This document shows positions 41,053 through 52,975 of a DNA stretch of 56,588 nt, in pieces. Source of the DNA: Gammaproteobacteria bacterium (GTDB lineage: Bacteria > Pseudomonadota > Gammaproteobacteria > JAJFKG01); assembly GCA_021156325.1 (NCBI GenBank), contig JAJNDI010000018.1, positions 1 to 56,588 on the forward strand, written 5' to 3'. Numbering within the stretch: the stretch's first letter is position 1; the number at the start of each line of letters is the position of its first letter. Below the pieces are notes generated by a model. The model made no database searches. It was given only the letters and a program-made list of their open reading frames with translations, and was not told where the DNA came from. A program made the translations under genes and the position numbers.

Positions 41053-42351
41053 TTATACTGATATACGTTCAATAGCACGATACCCGATATCATGGCGATA
41101 ATAACACTGATCCCAATGAATGGTTTTCACTGTCTGATAAGCTATTGCTTGGGCTTCTTTGATATCTTTCCCCAACGCACAGACGGCTAAGACACGCCCC
41201 CCCGCAGTAATGATCTCATCCCCTTTGTAAGCTGTACCCCCATGAAAAATCTTGCAATCAGGATTAAGAGAAATCGAAGCGCCAGGGGTTAAACCCGTGA
41301 TAGGATCTCCTTTTTGGTAATCATCAGGATAACCGCCTGCAGCCATCACAACCCCCAATGCTATACGTTTATCCCATTCACAACTCATCTCCGGTAAACG
41401 ATGTTGCAGACTTGCCTGACAGAGAGAAACCAGGTCCGTTTTAAGCCGCATCATGAGCGGCTGGGTTTCTGGATCACCTAAGCGGCAATTGTATTCCAGC
41501 ACACGCGCTTTACCGGTATTATCAATCATCACGCCAGCATATAAAAAACCTTGATACCAGATCCCTTCTTGTTTTAATCCTGCCAAAGTAGGTTTAATAA
41601 TGTCTTCTATGATGTGTTGTTTTACTTTACCTGTTACCACCGGTGCAGGGGAATAAGCTCCCATACCGCCGGTGTTAGGCCCTTTATCACCGTCATCTCG
41701 TGCTTTATGATCTTGCGAAGTTTCCAGTGCAATAAAATCCAATCCATCGGCAATAACCATGAAGCTTGCTTCTTCTCCTGTTAAGAAGGCTTCTATCACA
41801 ATCCTGTTGCCTGCATTACCAAAACGGTTTTGATTGAGGATCATTTCACATGCGATGGTAGCTTCATCCAGCGTATGGGCAATCACAACGCCTTTACCTG
41901 CGGCTAATCCATCGGCTTTGATGACAATAGGAAAATCTTGTGTTTTAAGATAGTCGATGGCATCCGTTAATTGAGTAAAAGCTTGATACGCGCTCGTTGG
42001 AATGCCATGGCGCAGCATAAATGCCTTGCTAAAAGCTTTAGAGGATTCCAATTGAGCGGCTTTTTGCGTAGGGCCGAAACAAGGTAACCCTTTGGATTGA
42101 AAAGCATCGACAATACCCGCGGCTAACGGCGCTTCCGGACCGATAATGGTGAGATCTACCTGCTGAGTGCTTGCAAATTCGATTAACGCAGTTGTATTGA
42201 GCGCATCAATAGGGAGATTCCGAACTTTGGGTTCTTGCGCAGTACCTGCATTCCCTGGAGCAACAAATACGTGCGTGACGTCAGGAGATTGAGCTGCTTT
42301 CCAGGCAAGGGCATGCTCGCGACCGCCGCTGCCTACGATCAAAATGCGCAT
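41053..42351 (-). CDS. purD: Phosphoribosylamine-glycine ligase
   Basis: GSGGREHALAWK, KADGLAAGKGV, GPNTGGMGAYSP. Confidence 0.97.
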   Translation of the reverse strand: MRILIVGSGGREHALAWKAAQSPDVTHVFVAPGNAGTAQEPKVRNLPIDALNTTALIEFASTQQVDLTIIGPEAPLAAGIVDAFQSKGLPCFGPTQKAAQLESSKAFSKAFMLRHGIPTSAYQAFTQLTDAIDYLKTQDFPIVIKADGLAAGKGVVIAHTLDEATIACEMILNQNRFGNAGNRIVIEAFLTGEEASFMVIADGLDFIALETSQDHKARDDGDKGPNTGGMGAYSPAPVVTGKVKQHIIEDIIKPTLAGLKQEGIWYQGFLYAGVMIDNTGKARVLEYNCRLGDPETQPLMMRLKTDLVSLCQASLQHRLPEMSCEWDKRIALGVVMAAGGYPDDYQKGDPITGLTPGASISLNPDCKIFHGGTAYKGDEIITAGGRVLAVCALGKDIKEAQAIAYQTVKTIHWDQCYYRHDIGYRAIERISV

Positions 42352-42374
42352 TGAAATCTCCTTATGGGATGAAA

Positions 42375-43985
42375 TTAAGTATGTCTAAAGTGACGAATGT
42401 GAGTAAAGATCATTGCCATATTAGCTTCATCGGCAGCTGCAATAACTTCATCATCTCGAATAGAACCGCCTGGTTGAATAACCGCTGTAATGCCAGCGCT
42501 TGCGGCCGTATCAATTCCATCACGAAAAGGAAAAAAGGCATCGGATGCCATGACAGCGCCGCTAACGGATAACTTGGCGTCGGAGGCTTTGCGATTGGCA
42601 ATCTCAGCGCTTACTACCCGGCTCATTTGGCCGGCGCCGATCCCAACGGTTGCATTATCCCGCCCATATACAATGGCATTGGATTTTACATATTTGGCCA
42701 TTGTCCAACTAAATAGCAGATCACAGAATTCTTTGTCAGTCGGTTTGCGTCGGGTGACGACGGTATAGGTGTTGGGATCTTCTATGATGAGATCAGCAGT
42801 TTGTAAGAGTAAACCGCCCTCCACTTTTTTGTAATCAAAAACCCTTTGCGGCGAGGCTTCTGTTAGGACAGGCGGCGTTACCAAGACACGAAGGTTGCTT
42901 TTTTTCGCAAGAATCAGTTTTGCTTTTTCATTCACACCGGGCGCAATGATGACTTCGCAAAACTGATTATCCAGAATGGCAGAAACCGTGGCTTCATCAA
43001 GAGGCTTGTTAAAAGCAATAATACCGCCAAAGGCCGAGATGGGATCAGTAATAAAAGCACGCTGATAACTCTCTGAGAGCGTATTGGCAACTGCTGCTCC
43101 GCAAGGATTGGCATGTTTAACGATAACACAAGCAAAACGGTTTTGATCTAGCGCTTTCACGCACGTGTAAGCGCTGTCGGCATCTGCAATGTTGTTAAAA
43201 GATAAAGGTTTACCTTGTAATAAGATTGCTGTTGTAACGCTGGATCCTTTATGCGCGGGATCGCGATAGAAAGCGGCACTTTGATGTGGATTTTCCCCGT
43301 AACGTAAATTTTGAATTTTAAGATAAGAAGGACTGTAAATCTCAGGATAATTATATGGAATCTCACCTTCCTTTTCAAAAGCGGCCGCCGGACTAGGGGA
43401 TTTCTGTTTTTCAAGATAAGCTGCAATGGCCCTGTCATATTCCGCTGTCTTTGCAAAAGCTTGATAAGCACATGCTTCTCGCATTGACAAACTTAACCCG
43501 CCTTGGGTTTTTAATGCATCGATAATAAGAGCATAGTCATCAGGATTGACAACAACAGCGACATGCTCAAAATTCTTAGCTGCTGCTCTTATCATCGCCG
43601 GGCCGCCGATATCAATATATTCGATTGCGTTGGAGAGCGTACACTCTCGGGAAGCAGTGACCCTTTGAAAAGGATAGAGATTCACAACCACTAAATCGAT
43701 GCGCTCAATGCCGTGTTCTGCCATGACGATATCATCTTCACTGCCGCGTGCCAGAATGCCGCCATAAATTTTGGGATGCAAGGTTTTAACCCGGCCATTC
43801 ATCATTTCAGCATAGCCTGTGTAATCACTGACTTCAGTGACGTTAATACCGTTTTCAATCAATTGCTTTGCAGTGCCGCCAGTGGAAAGAATAGCAATAT
43901 TTAAAGAAATCAGGGCTCTTGCCAATTCAACGATGCCTGTTTTATCAGACACGCTCAACAAAGCGGTGTGGATGGGTTTATTCAT
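42375..43985 (-). CDS. purH: Bifunctional AICAR transformylase/IMP cyclohydrolase
   Basis: ALLSVSDKTG, GRVKTLHP, LRYGENPHQ, KHANPCG, ASDAFFPF. Confidence 0.97.
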   Translation of the reverse strand: MNKPIHTALLSVSDKTGIVELARALISLNIAILSTGGTAKQLIENGINVTEVSDYTGYAEMMNGRVKTLHPKIYGGILARGSEDDIVMAEHGIERIDLVVVNLYPFQRVTASRECTLSNAIEYIDIGGPAMIRAAAKNFEHVAVVVNPDDYALIIDALKTQGGLSLSMREACAYQAFAKTAEYDRAIAAYLEKQKSPSPAAAFEKEGEIPYNYPEIYSPSYLKIQNLRYGENPHQSAAFYRDPAHKGSSVTTAILLQGKPLSFNNIADADSAYTCVKALDQNRFACVIVKHANPCGAAVANTLSESYQRAFITDPISAFGGIIAFNKPLDEATVSAILDNQFCEVIIAPGVNEKAKLILAKKSNLRVLVTPPVLTEASPQRVFDYKKVEGGLLLQTADLIIEDPNTYTVVTRRKPTDKEFCDLLFSWTMAKYVKSNAIVYGRDNATVGIGAGQMSRVVSAEIANRKASDAKLSVSGAVMASDAFFPFRDGIDTAASAGITAVIQPGGSIRDDEVIAAADEANMAMIFTHIRHFRHT

Positions 43986-44048
43986 GCCGGCTATTTTATA
44001 CATTCTATTGAATTAAACAACAAAGAAATAGATTTGCGGGTATTTTTG

Positions 44049-44101
44049 CCCTCTTTGAAAGAGAGGGCAGCCTTGTGCGAAGCACAAGGCTGTGGATTTT
44101 A
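44049..44101 (+). repeat. Family-B palindromic repeat overlapping the stop codon of the Fis-like gene
   Basis: ccctctttgaaagagaggg-cagccttgtgcgaagcacaaggctg-tggatttt. Confidence 0.75.
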
Positions 44102-44695
44102 ACGACGTTCAATACCGTAGATTTTGATTTTTTTACGCAAAGTTCCGCGGCTTAACCCCATCATTTTGGCAGCACGGGTTTGATTATCGCGAATATCTTC
44201 CATAACCGCTGTTAACAACGGTTCTTCAATTTCAGCCAAAACCATATTATACATTTTGGTAATAGTTTGGCCGCGCATATTAGTCAGATAACGACGGACA
44301 TTTTGCAAAACGCAAATGCGCATAGGCGCTAACGTACGTTCCAAATCATTGGCCGGCTCACCCGCTTCGGGACTGGACCGTTTATCGATAGCATAGGTTT
44401 TTAATTTTTTACGCAAAGTTCCGCGGCTTAAGGTTAACATGCGGGCAGCTTTGGTCTGATTGCCGCGGCATTCTTCAATCACGGCTAACAAGAGCGGCTG
44501 TTCCATAGCAGCCAGTACAACCTCATAAACACGGCCGTCGATTTCATCACGGAAGCGCTGCAATACAGCCCGTGAACAATCTAGCACATATTGCTTGAGA
44601 GGCTGGTCTGTATGTTGTTCCACATGCCCTGCGGGGAGTACTTTGGGTGAGTTATTCATCGTATTTGACATATTCATCAGCTCTTTCTCTCTCAT
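44099..44695 (-). CDS. fis: Fis-like nucleoid protein containing two tandem Fis units
   Basis: Two copies of Y..VLA..E.PLL.AV....R.NQT.AA.M..LSRGTLRKK.K.Y; canonical fis-purH-purD position. Confidence 0.85.
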   Translation of the reverse strand: MREKELMNMSNTMNNSPKVLPAGHVEQHTDQPLKQYVLDCSRAVLQRFRDEIDGRVYEVVLAAMEQPLLLAVIEECRGNQTKAARMLTLSRGTLRKKLKTYAIDKRSSPEAGEPANDLERTLAPMRICVLQNVRRYLTNMRGQTITKMYNMVLAEIEEPLLTAVMEDIRDNQTRAAKMMGLSRGTLRKKIKIYGIERR

Positions 44696-44958
44696 CCATG
44701 GTTAAGTGGTATTTAAAAACGGTGCGGTTGATATTTCGCCTGGCGAAATTCGACAACCCCTAATCCCTTCTTTCTGAAAAGAAGCCATATTATAAGCAGT
44801 ACCGGCTTAATATACAAGACTCCGCATCATTTTTTTTGAGAAAAAAAGAAGCAATTTGAAAGTGAAAATATCCCTCCCTCGCTTTTCCTAGCTTCTTGTT
44901 TTTAAGAGAAATTTTGTAAGTATTCTGCCAAATAGCCTGTGGGCGGATATTTTTTCTC

Positions 44959-46299
44959 CTACAAACTCAATTTCTTTTCAAGGTAATGGATGTTCACCCC
45001 TCCCTCCATGAAATGACTATCTCGCATCAGCTTTTGATGTAAGGGGATATTGGTTTTGATCCCTTCAATGAGCAGTTCATCCAGGGCTTGGCGCATACGG
45101 GCTATGGCAGTTTGGCGGTCATTGCCATAGGCGATGAGTTTGCCAATCAGGGAATCATAATGAGGGGGTACGGTGTAGCTGCTGTAGATATGAGAATCCA
45201 TACGAATACCCGGACCGCCGGGGGGGTGGTAGAGTTCGATCTTCCCGGGGCTTGGAGTAAAGTTAAAGGGATCTTCAGCATTGATACGGCATTCCACTGC
45301 ATGACCGCGCAGTTTGATCTCTTCCTGTTTAAGGGTGAAGGGCTCACCGGCTGCGATCTTGATCTGTTCTTTCACAATGTCGATGCCGGTAATCATTTCA
45401 GTAACCGGATGTTCAACCTGCACGCGGGTATTCATTTCAATAAAATAAAAACGTCCGTTTTCATATAAAAACTCAAAAGTGCCGGCACCGCGGTATTGCA
45501 TTTCACAGCACGCCTGCACACATTGCATACCGATGGTTTGGCGCTGTTCTTCACTTAAACCGGGCGCAGGGGCTTCTTCCAACACTTTTTGATGACGGCG
45601 CTGCAAAGAACAATCCCGTTCACCCAAATGCACTGCTTTACCTTTGCCGTCACCCAAGACCTGGATCTCAATGTGACGAGGGTTTTCCAGGAATTTTTCC
45701 ATGTAAACCATGTCATTGTTAAAACCGGCTTTGGCTTCCTGGCGTGTCATGGCAATAGCATTAATCAGCGCTGCTTCACTGTGTACAACACGCATGCCGC
45801 GCCCGCCCCCGCCGCCGGCGGCTTTGATAATCACGGGATAACCAATTTCTTTAGCGATTTTTAAATTGGTTTGGGGCTCATCGCCTAAAGGGCCGTCGGA
45901 ACCAGGTACACAAGGCACACCAGCTGCTTTCATGGCGCGAATCGCAGAGACTTTATCCCCCATCAAACGAATGGTTTCGGGTCGTGGGCCAATAAAGACA
46001 AAACCGCTTTTTTCGACTTGCTCAGCAAAATCGGCATTTTCAGCGAGAAAACCGTAACCAGGATGGATGGCTTCAGCATCAGTGACTTCAGCAGCGCTGA
46101 TAACTCTCGGAATATTGAGGTAACTATCAATGACTTTATCAGGTCCAATGCAAACAGATTCATCCGCTAAGCGAACGCCCATTAAATTACGATCTGTCAG
46201 TGAATGGACTGCAACCGTTTTAATGCCTAATTCCCGGCAAGCACGCAGAATACGCAATGCAATTTCACCGCGGTTGGCAATGACAATTTTATCAAACAT
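44959..46299 (-). CDS. accC: Acetyl-CoA carboxylase biotin carboxylase
   Basis: [47 protein letters not shown]. Confidence 0.97.
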   Translation of the reverse strand: MFDKIVIANRGEIALRILRACRELGIKTVAVHSLTDRNLMGVRLADESVCIGPDKVIDSYLNIPRVISAAEVTDAEAIHPGYGFLAENADFAEQVEKSGFVFIGPRPETIRLMGDKVSAIRAMKAAGVPCVPGSDGPLGDEPQTNLKIAKEIGYPVIIKAAGGGGGRGMRVVHSEAALINAIAMTRQEAKAGFNNDMVYMEKFLENPRHIEIQVLGDGKGKAVHLGERDCSLQRRHQKVLEEAPAPGLSEEQRQTIGMQCVQACCEMQYRGAGTFEFLYENGRFYFIEMNTRVQVEHPVTEMITGIDIVKEQIKIAAGEPFTLKQEEIKLRGHAVECRINAEDPFNFTPSPGKIELYHPPGGPGIRMDSHIYSSYTVPPHYDSLIGKLIAYGNDRQTAIARMRQALDELLIEGIKTNIPLHQKLMRDSHFMEGGVNIHYLEKKLSL

Positions 46300-46316
46300 A
46301 AGATCTTATTCTCCGC

Positions 46317-46775
46317 CTAGTCTTCATCGATAATGAATAACGGCTGATTAAATTCAACCGGCTGACCATTTTCAACCAGCCGTGCTTTGATGACGCCGGC
46401 TTTATCGGCTTCGATCTGGTTAAACATCTTCATGGCTTCAATGATGCATAAGATATCGCCGGTACTCACACGCTGACCTATTTCTACGAAAGAGGAGGCA
46501 CCAGGGGAGGGAGAAGTATACATTGTTCCTACCATGGGTGATTTGACTTCATGTCCACTGATTACCGCTTTTGAAACCAGAGTTTCTTCTTTCATTACAG
46601 GATTTGCCACGGGTTGTGGTGCCATCATAGGAGCAGTGATAAAAGTAGGGGCTGCAGGAGCGTTGGCTGCATAACGGCTAATTCGAACTGATTCTTCGCC
46701 TTCGCGAATTTCAATTTCGGCAACGCCAGTTTCATCAAGCAAATTGATGAGCGCTTTTACTTTACGTATATCCAT
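46317..46775 (-). CDS. accB: Biotin carboxyl carrier protein
   Basis: [18 protein letters not shown]. Confidence 0.97.
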   Translation of the reverse strand: MDIRKVKALINLLDETGVAEIEIREGEESVRISRYAANAPAAPTFITAPMMAPQPVANPVMKEETLVSKAVISGHEVKSPMVGTMYTSPSPGASSFVEIGQRVSTGDILCIIEAMKMFNQIEADKAGVIKARLVENGQPVEFNQPLFIIDED

Positions 46776-46856
46776 AACTGTCCCCCTGATTTAACAAGTT
46801 GTTATACTCTTCGCGATTTAAATTTAGGCTTTGTTGGCGGCAGCAGCGAACAAAAG

Positions 46857-47372
46857 TCACGCATGATTATACGCTCCTTTTGCTTGCGAGCTTGCCGCCT
46901 CGCCTAAATTCAAATCGCTTTGAGTATATTGTTTGTGATTAAGATGATTGATGAGAGTGTTCAGAGCATAGTAATAACTCTCTGCTCCAAGACCGGTGAT
47001 AACGCCCATCGCAATATCAGAAAAATAAGAGTGCTGGCGAAAAGGCTCACGGGCAAAAATATTGCTAAGGTGTACTTCCACAAAAGGAATAGACACGGCT
47101 AACAAGGCATCTCGAAGCGCAATACTGGTGTGAGTAAAAGCGGCTGGATTAAAAATAATAGCATCGACCTTGTGCTCATAAGCCTGGTGGATAAGTTCAA
47201 TCAATTCAGATTCACTATTGCGTTGATAGGTGCTAAGAGCAGCTCCCCGTTCATTGGCCTTGTTTTTCAAGGTTTCATCGATTTCTAAGAGCGTGCTTTG
47301 TCCATAGTGACCGGGTTCCCGAATGCCCAACAAATTGAGGTTTGGTCCATGTAGTGTCCAGATCGTATACAT
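46857..47372 (-). CDS. aroQ: Type II 3-dehydroquinate dehydratase
   Basis: [33 protein letters not shown]. Confidence 0.96.
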   Translation of the reverse strand: MYTIWTLHGPNLNLLGIREPGHYGQSTLLEIDETLKNKANERGAALSTYQRNSESELIELIHQAYEHKVDAIIFNPAAFTHTSIALRDALLAVSIPFVEVHLSNIFAREPFRQHSYFSDIAMGVITGLGAESYYYALNTLINHLNHKQYTQSDLNLGEAASSQAKGAYNHA

Positions 47373-47503
47373 AGGAAATCCCGTATTTCGAATTGAGGAG
47401 GATTTTGCCCCAAATTTTTATTCTTGTCTACTTCGCAGCATTTTAGCGGGAGATCGCCGCAAATTCATAAAAATGGTTCAAAAAACGCTCATTTCTCTCC
47501 TCC

Positions 47504-47530
47504 CTTGAAATTTCAGTTCTTCGCCACTAT
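47504..47530 (+). promoter_or_regulatory. Sigma-32-like promoter of groESL
   Basis: CTTGAAA followed by a cgccactat -10-like element at heat-shock spacing. Confidence 0.55.
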
Positions 47531-47580
47531 GTCTGGAAATAGAGACGAATTGGGTTTTATAACTCAGTTTGGGGAAAACC

Positions 47581-47634
47581 TTGACGCAGTGCTAAAAGAG
47601 GGTATGATTGGCACTCGGCAAGCAAGAGTGCTAA
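47581..47634 (+). promoter_or_regulatory. Sigma-70 promoter plus CIRCE (HrcA operator)
   Basis: TTGACG-16-TATGAT, then TTGGCACTC-N9-GAGTGCTAA at 47608-47634. Confidence 0.9.
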
Positions 47635-47688
47635 TCCTTTTTGATTAGCGTTTGTTGGAAGTTTTTAGAGTAATTAGGAGAAAGATGC

Positions 47689-47922
47689 ATGAGCGAGAAT
47701 ATACAACCGTTAAACGATCGGGCAAAAGAAAAACCCTCACGCGGTAAAGTTATCGCGGTAGGGCCAGGCCGGTTCCATGCAGAAAGCGGCAAACGTTTAC
47801 CCGTTGAAGTCAAAAAAGGCCAATTGGTTTTATTTGGTAAATATGCAGGTACCGAAGTCAAAGTTGGCGATGAAGAATGGGTTGTCTTGCGTGAAGATGA
47901 TCTTATCGGCGTAGTGGAATAA
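47689..47922 (+). CDS. groES: Co-chaperonin GroES with a ~21-aa in-frame deletion
   Basis: IQPLNDR|AKEKPSRGKVIAVGPG...KYAGTEVK; the segment equivalent to E. coli residues ~10-30 is absent. Confidence 0.9.
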   Translation: MSENIQPLNDRAKEKPSRGKVIAVGPGRFHAESGKRLPVEVKKGQLVLFGKYAGTEVKVGDEEWVVLREDDLIGVVE

Positions 47923-47972
47923 CGACACTGTTCGTTAAACCTTAAGGTTTAAACAAATTAATGGTTAAATGA

Positions 47973-49526
<1,554 letters not shown>

Positions 49527-49558
49527 TACCCTCCTTCTGTTCAGAAGCCTTTCATTGC

Positions 49559-49592
49559 AAAAAAGGGCTTGGTGTAAACCAAGCCCTTTTTT
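49559..49592 (+). terminator. Intrinsic terminator of groESL
   Basis: agggcttggt-gtaa-accaagccct stem with flanking A- and T-runs. Confidence 0.85.
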
Positions 49593-49658
49593 ATCATCAT
49601 GTCTGATAAGATGCAGGATAAGGGAGTGCTGAAGTATCTTTTTGTTAAGTTATTATGA

Positions 49659-49779
49659 TTAGGGGCTGTTGACAATTCGCTAGGGCGAGGTGGAATTCAT
49701 TGATTTTTGAGTACCGAAGCGCAGCATATATAGGCATATGTGAGCATCGGCACACAGTAGAATTGTCAACAGACCCTAA
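49659..49779. mobile_element. 121-bp MITE-like palindromic element
   Basis: 19/20 terminal inverted repeat ttagggGctgttgacaattc; core gagtacc.aagcgcagcatat...atatgtgagcat shared with 24708-24857. Confidence 0.75.
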
Positions 49780-49825
49780 GGTAATATGGATCCCATAAGG
49801 AAGATATTATAACAAGGATGCAATC

Positions 49826-50374
49826 ATGGACCGCTTACAACAAAGCCCTCAAAATCGATTAATATTATTCATTAAACGAAGTGTTCATTTTATCGTTATG
49901 CTCAAAAGCCGTATCAATCTTAAGGCTAAACCGCTTGTTTCATCCCAAGACATCCCTGATTTTAAAGCTATTCGTGAAGTGGTAGGGGAGCATGTTGATC
50001 TCGAGATACAGCATCTCAAAGTATATCTCTTGGGCAAGCCTTTATTTCTGCGAGGCAAACTGATTCCGCGGGATTATTTCTTACATCGGCCCTTAGTGGT
50101 AAGTGATTTGCGCTTGTTGCCACAACCCATTTTTTTTACATTAACCGCTGCTATTGAGCATTGCCGTTTTAGACGAGATCCCGTGGGAATTTATTGCTTA
50201 TATGTGCCCGAAATGGCGATTCTGGGAGATAACAGCGGATTACGTATAGTGCTTCATCAAATTCAGCAAGAAGCCATAGAACGAGTTTATCCGGCTATTC
50301 AATATAGTAAAACGTTTTTGCAAAATCCGTTGTTTAATCAAAAATTGCAGGCAAAAACACAGCTTACAGAATAG
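49826..50374 (+). CDS. Hypothetical protein
   Basis: 182-aa ORF with an AAGGA SD filling the gap before the convergent pilT; no recognisable motif. Confidence 0.6.
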   Translation: MDRLQQSPQNRLILFIKRSVHFIVMLKSRINLKAKPLVSSQDIPDFKAIREVVGEHVDLEIQHLKVYLLGKPLFLRGKLIPRDYFLHRPLVVSDLRLLPQPIFFTLTAAIEHCRFRRDPVGIYCLYVPEMAILGDNSGLRIVLHQIQQEAIERVYPAIQYSKTFLQNPLFNQKLQAKTQLTE

Positions 50375-50375
50375 C

Positions 50376-51413
50376 TTATTTTATTAGATCTTTGTTATTA
50401 GCCACATCCAGTGCTAATTGTCGGGTGATTTTATTGTCAGTGATCATTTTCGATAAACACTGTTCCAAAGTTTGCATGCCCACAGCTTGGCCTGTCTGAA
50501 TAGTAGAATACATTTGAGGAACTTTATCTTCACGGATCAAATTACGGATTGCGGGTGTAGAAAGCATAATTTCATGTGCGGCAATACGTCCCCCGCTTGT
50601 TTTCTTTAATAAAATTTGTGAAATAACAGCTTGCAAAGATTCTGAGAGCATGGTTCTAACCATGGTTTTTTCTTCACCTGGGAATACATCAATGACCCGA
50701 TTGATGGTTTTGGCAGCTGAGGTGGTATGCAAAGTACCAAATACCAAGTGCCCTGTTTCAGCCGCTGTCAAAGCGAGCCGAATAGTTTCAAGATCGCGTA
50801 ATTCTCCTACCAAAACAACATCGGGATCTTCACGTAATGCTGAGCGCAGCGCATTAGAGAAACTATGAGTATCACGGTGTACTTCTCGTTGGTTAATTAA
50901 ACATTTGTTGCTAATATGAACAAATTCAATGGGATCTTCAATAGTAATGATATGAGAATATTCTTCATTATTAATGGCATGTAACATAGACGCCAGTGTG
51001 GTACTTTTGCCGCATCCCGTAGGCCCTGTTACCAAAATCAAACCGCGGGGAAATTTGACAATGTTTTTCAAAATTTTGGGGGCATTTAAGTCATCCAGGC
51101 TTAAAATAGTTTGCGGGATCAGCCGAAATGCGCCAGAAATACCCCGATTTTGCGTATAGACATTCACCCGAAATCGGGCGAGTGTAGAAATTTCAAATGA
51201 AAAGTCGATTTCCAAATGTTCTTCATATTCCCGGCGCTGCTTATCGCTCATCACGGAATAAAGCAGATCATGGGCTGTTTGTTGATCGAGATCGGGCGTA
51301 TCAATGCGGCGTAAATCCCCGTCAACGCGAATGAGAGGAGGCAAGCCAGTTGAAATATGTAAATCAGAGGCTTTATTTTCAACTGCGAAGGCCAGTAAGT
51401 CTTTAATGTCCAT
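50376..51413 (-). CDS. pilT: Type IV pilus retraction ATPase
   Basis: ASDLHIS, GPTGCGKSTTLA, TIEDPIEF, LREDPDV, GTLHT, AIRNLIRE. Confidence 0.97.
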   Translation of the reverse strand: MDIKDLLAFAVENKASDLHISTGLPPLIRVDGDLRRIDTPDLDQQTAHDLLYSVMSDKQRREYEEHLEIDFSFEISTLARFRVNVYTQNRGISGAFRLIPQTILSLDDLNAPKILKNIVKFPRGLILVTGPTGCGKSTTLASMLHAINNEEYSHIITIEDPIEFVHISNKCLINQREVHRDTHSFSNALRSALREDPDVVLVGELRDLETIRLALTAAETGHLVFGTLHTTSAAKTINRVIDVFPGEEKTMVRTMLSESLQAVISQILLKKTSGGRIAAHEIMLSTPAIRNLIREDKVPQMYSTIQTGQAVGMQTLEQCLSKMITDNKITRQLALDVANNKDLIK

Positions 51414-51517
51414 ATCTATCGATCCTTCATTCTTTCTATTCTATAGAGTATCTCTTTATATCATAGAACACTTATGGTACGATGTGACATCTTTTTGATC
51501 AAAAATAGACCTGTCTC

Positions 51518-52351
51518 ATGTCGAAAAAAATCACCATTGCTTTTATCGGTGCCGGTAATATGGCTGCTAATCTTATTGGGGGATTGATACGAAACGGGTA
51601 TCCTGCGCATTCTATATGGGCAACCCGGCGTAATGAAGACAAATTAGAGGAACTTGCCGTCCGTTTTGGTATCCATACAACCAGCGATAATCGCGCTGCG
51701 AGCGAGGCAGCTGACATCATTATATTAGCAGTGAAGCCGCAGCAACTCCAGACAGTGTGTCACTCTTTAAGGGATCAGGTGCAAAGCAAGAAACCCTTAG
51801 TGATTAGTATCGCAGCGGGTATTGAACAAGAAACGATAGCCAAGTGGCTGGGTGCGGATTCGGTGGCAATTATACGTTTAATGCCTAATACCCCCTCCCT
51901 GGTGGGTTGCGGGGCCAGTATTTTATTTGCTAATAGAGTTACCACTTCTGAGCAGCGCGATAGCGCTCAATCCATAGCCTCTGCCGTGGGCAAAGCAGTT
52001 TGGCTTGAAGAAGAAACACAGATGGCGGCTGCAACCGCTTTATCCGGATCGGGGCCTGCCTATTTTTATTTATTTATGGAATACCTGATGAAAGCCGCTG
52101 TTACGATGGGATTAGCCGCTGAGACCGCGGAATTACTCACCTTACAGACAGCCTTGGGCGCTGCCAAAATGGCCATAGAGAGTGGTTTATCGGTGGCCGA
52201 ATTACGCGCTCAGGTTGCTTCACCTCAAGGTACAACGGCAGAAGCCATTAATGTCTTTAATCGAAAACAACTCGATGTGATTATTCAAGAAGCAGTAGAA
52301 AGCGCAAAATCCAGATCAATTGCTATTGCAGAGGAATTTCGTAAAAAATAA
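51518..52351 (+). CDS. proC: Pyrroline-5-carboxylate reductase
   Basis: FIGAGNMA, LAVKPQ, RLMPNTP, SGSGPAY. Confidence 0.96.
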   Translation: MSKKITIAFIGAGNMAANLIGGLIRNGYPAHSIWATRRNEDKLEELAVRFGIHTTSDNRAASEAADIIILAVKPQQLQTVCHSLRDQVQSKKPLVISIAAGIEQETIAKWLGADSVAIIRLMPNTPSLVGCGASILFANRVTTSEQRDSAQSIASAVGKAVWLEEETQMAAATALSGSGPAYFYLFMEYLMKAAVTMGLAAETAELLTLQTALGAAKMAIESGLSVAELRAQVASPQGTTAEAINVFNRKQLDVIIQEAVESAKSRSIAIAEEFRKK

Positions 52352-52381
52352 ACTCAAGATACTAAGCGTGTAGGAGGTATC

Positions 52382-52975
52382 GTGATAAACGCATTCTATA
52401 ATATGTTGTCTTTTTTAGTGCAAGCCATCTTTGATTTTTATACCATTTTGTTGTTGATAAGAATTCTATTGGAAATGGCAGGGGTTAATTACCAGAATGT
52501 AGGGGTAAAATTCTTATTGCGCATTACCGATCCGATTTTAAAACCTTTATCTAAGATAATTCCAAAATTCAAAGGTATTAACCTTGCGGGAATCTTGGTT
52601 TTATTTGTTATTGGCATGTTAAAACTTTTCATTCTAATCATGATCCGCTTAGACTTACGCCCTAATCCGCTCGGATTGTTGTTATGGACTTTGGGAGAAT
52701 TATTAAATCTTTTAATTAACCTTTATTTTTATGCGATCTTGATTCGAGTAGTTCTTCATTGGGTGTTACCGCAAACACAAAATCCTGCTGCTGAAATTAT
52801 CAATCGATTAACCAACCCTGTTTTAAAACCTTTTCAGCGGGTGATTCCCCCCATTGCCAATGTCGATATTTCACCCTTAGTGGCGATGGTTTGTTTACAG
52901 GGAGCCGCCATTTTATTTGTGCAGTTTATCACGGCCTATGGCAACGTATTATCGCTAGGGAATGGAGCATTGTGA
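52382..52975 (+). CDS. yggT: YggT-family membrane protein
   Basis: Two YggT repeats (ITDPILKPL..IIP; LTNPVLKPFQRVIP..DISP); follows proC. Confidence 0.9.
   Translation: MINAFYNMLSFLVQAIFDFYTILLLIRILLEMAGVNYQNVGVKFLLRITDPILKPLSKIIPKFKGINLAGILVLFVIGMLKLFILIMIRLDLRPNPLGLLLWTLGELLNLLINLYFYAILIRVVLHWVLPQTQNPAAEIINRLTNPVLKPFQRVIPPIANVDISPLVAMVCLQGAAILFVQFITAYGNVLSLGNGAL

Noticed and set aside
44726-44758. Imperfect hairpin upstream of the Fis-like gene
   Set aside because: Single copy with no recognisable motif; cannot be separated from chance.
47935-47952. Perfect 18-bp palindrome ttaaaccttaaggtttaa between groES and groEL
   Set aside because: AT-rich and single copy; intercistronic hairpins are common in groESL.
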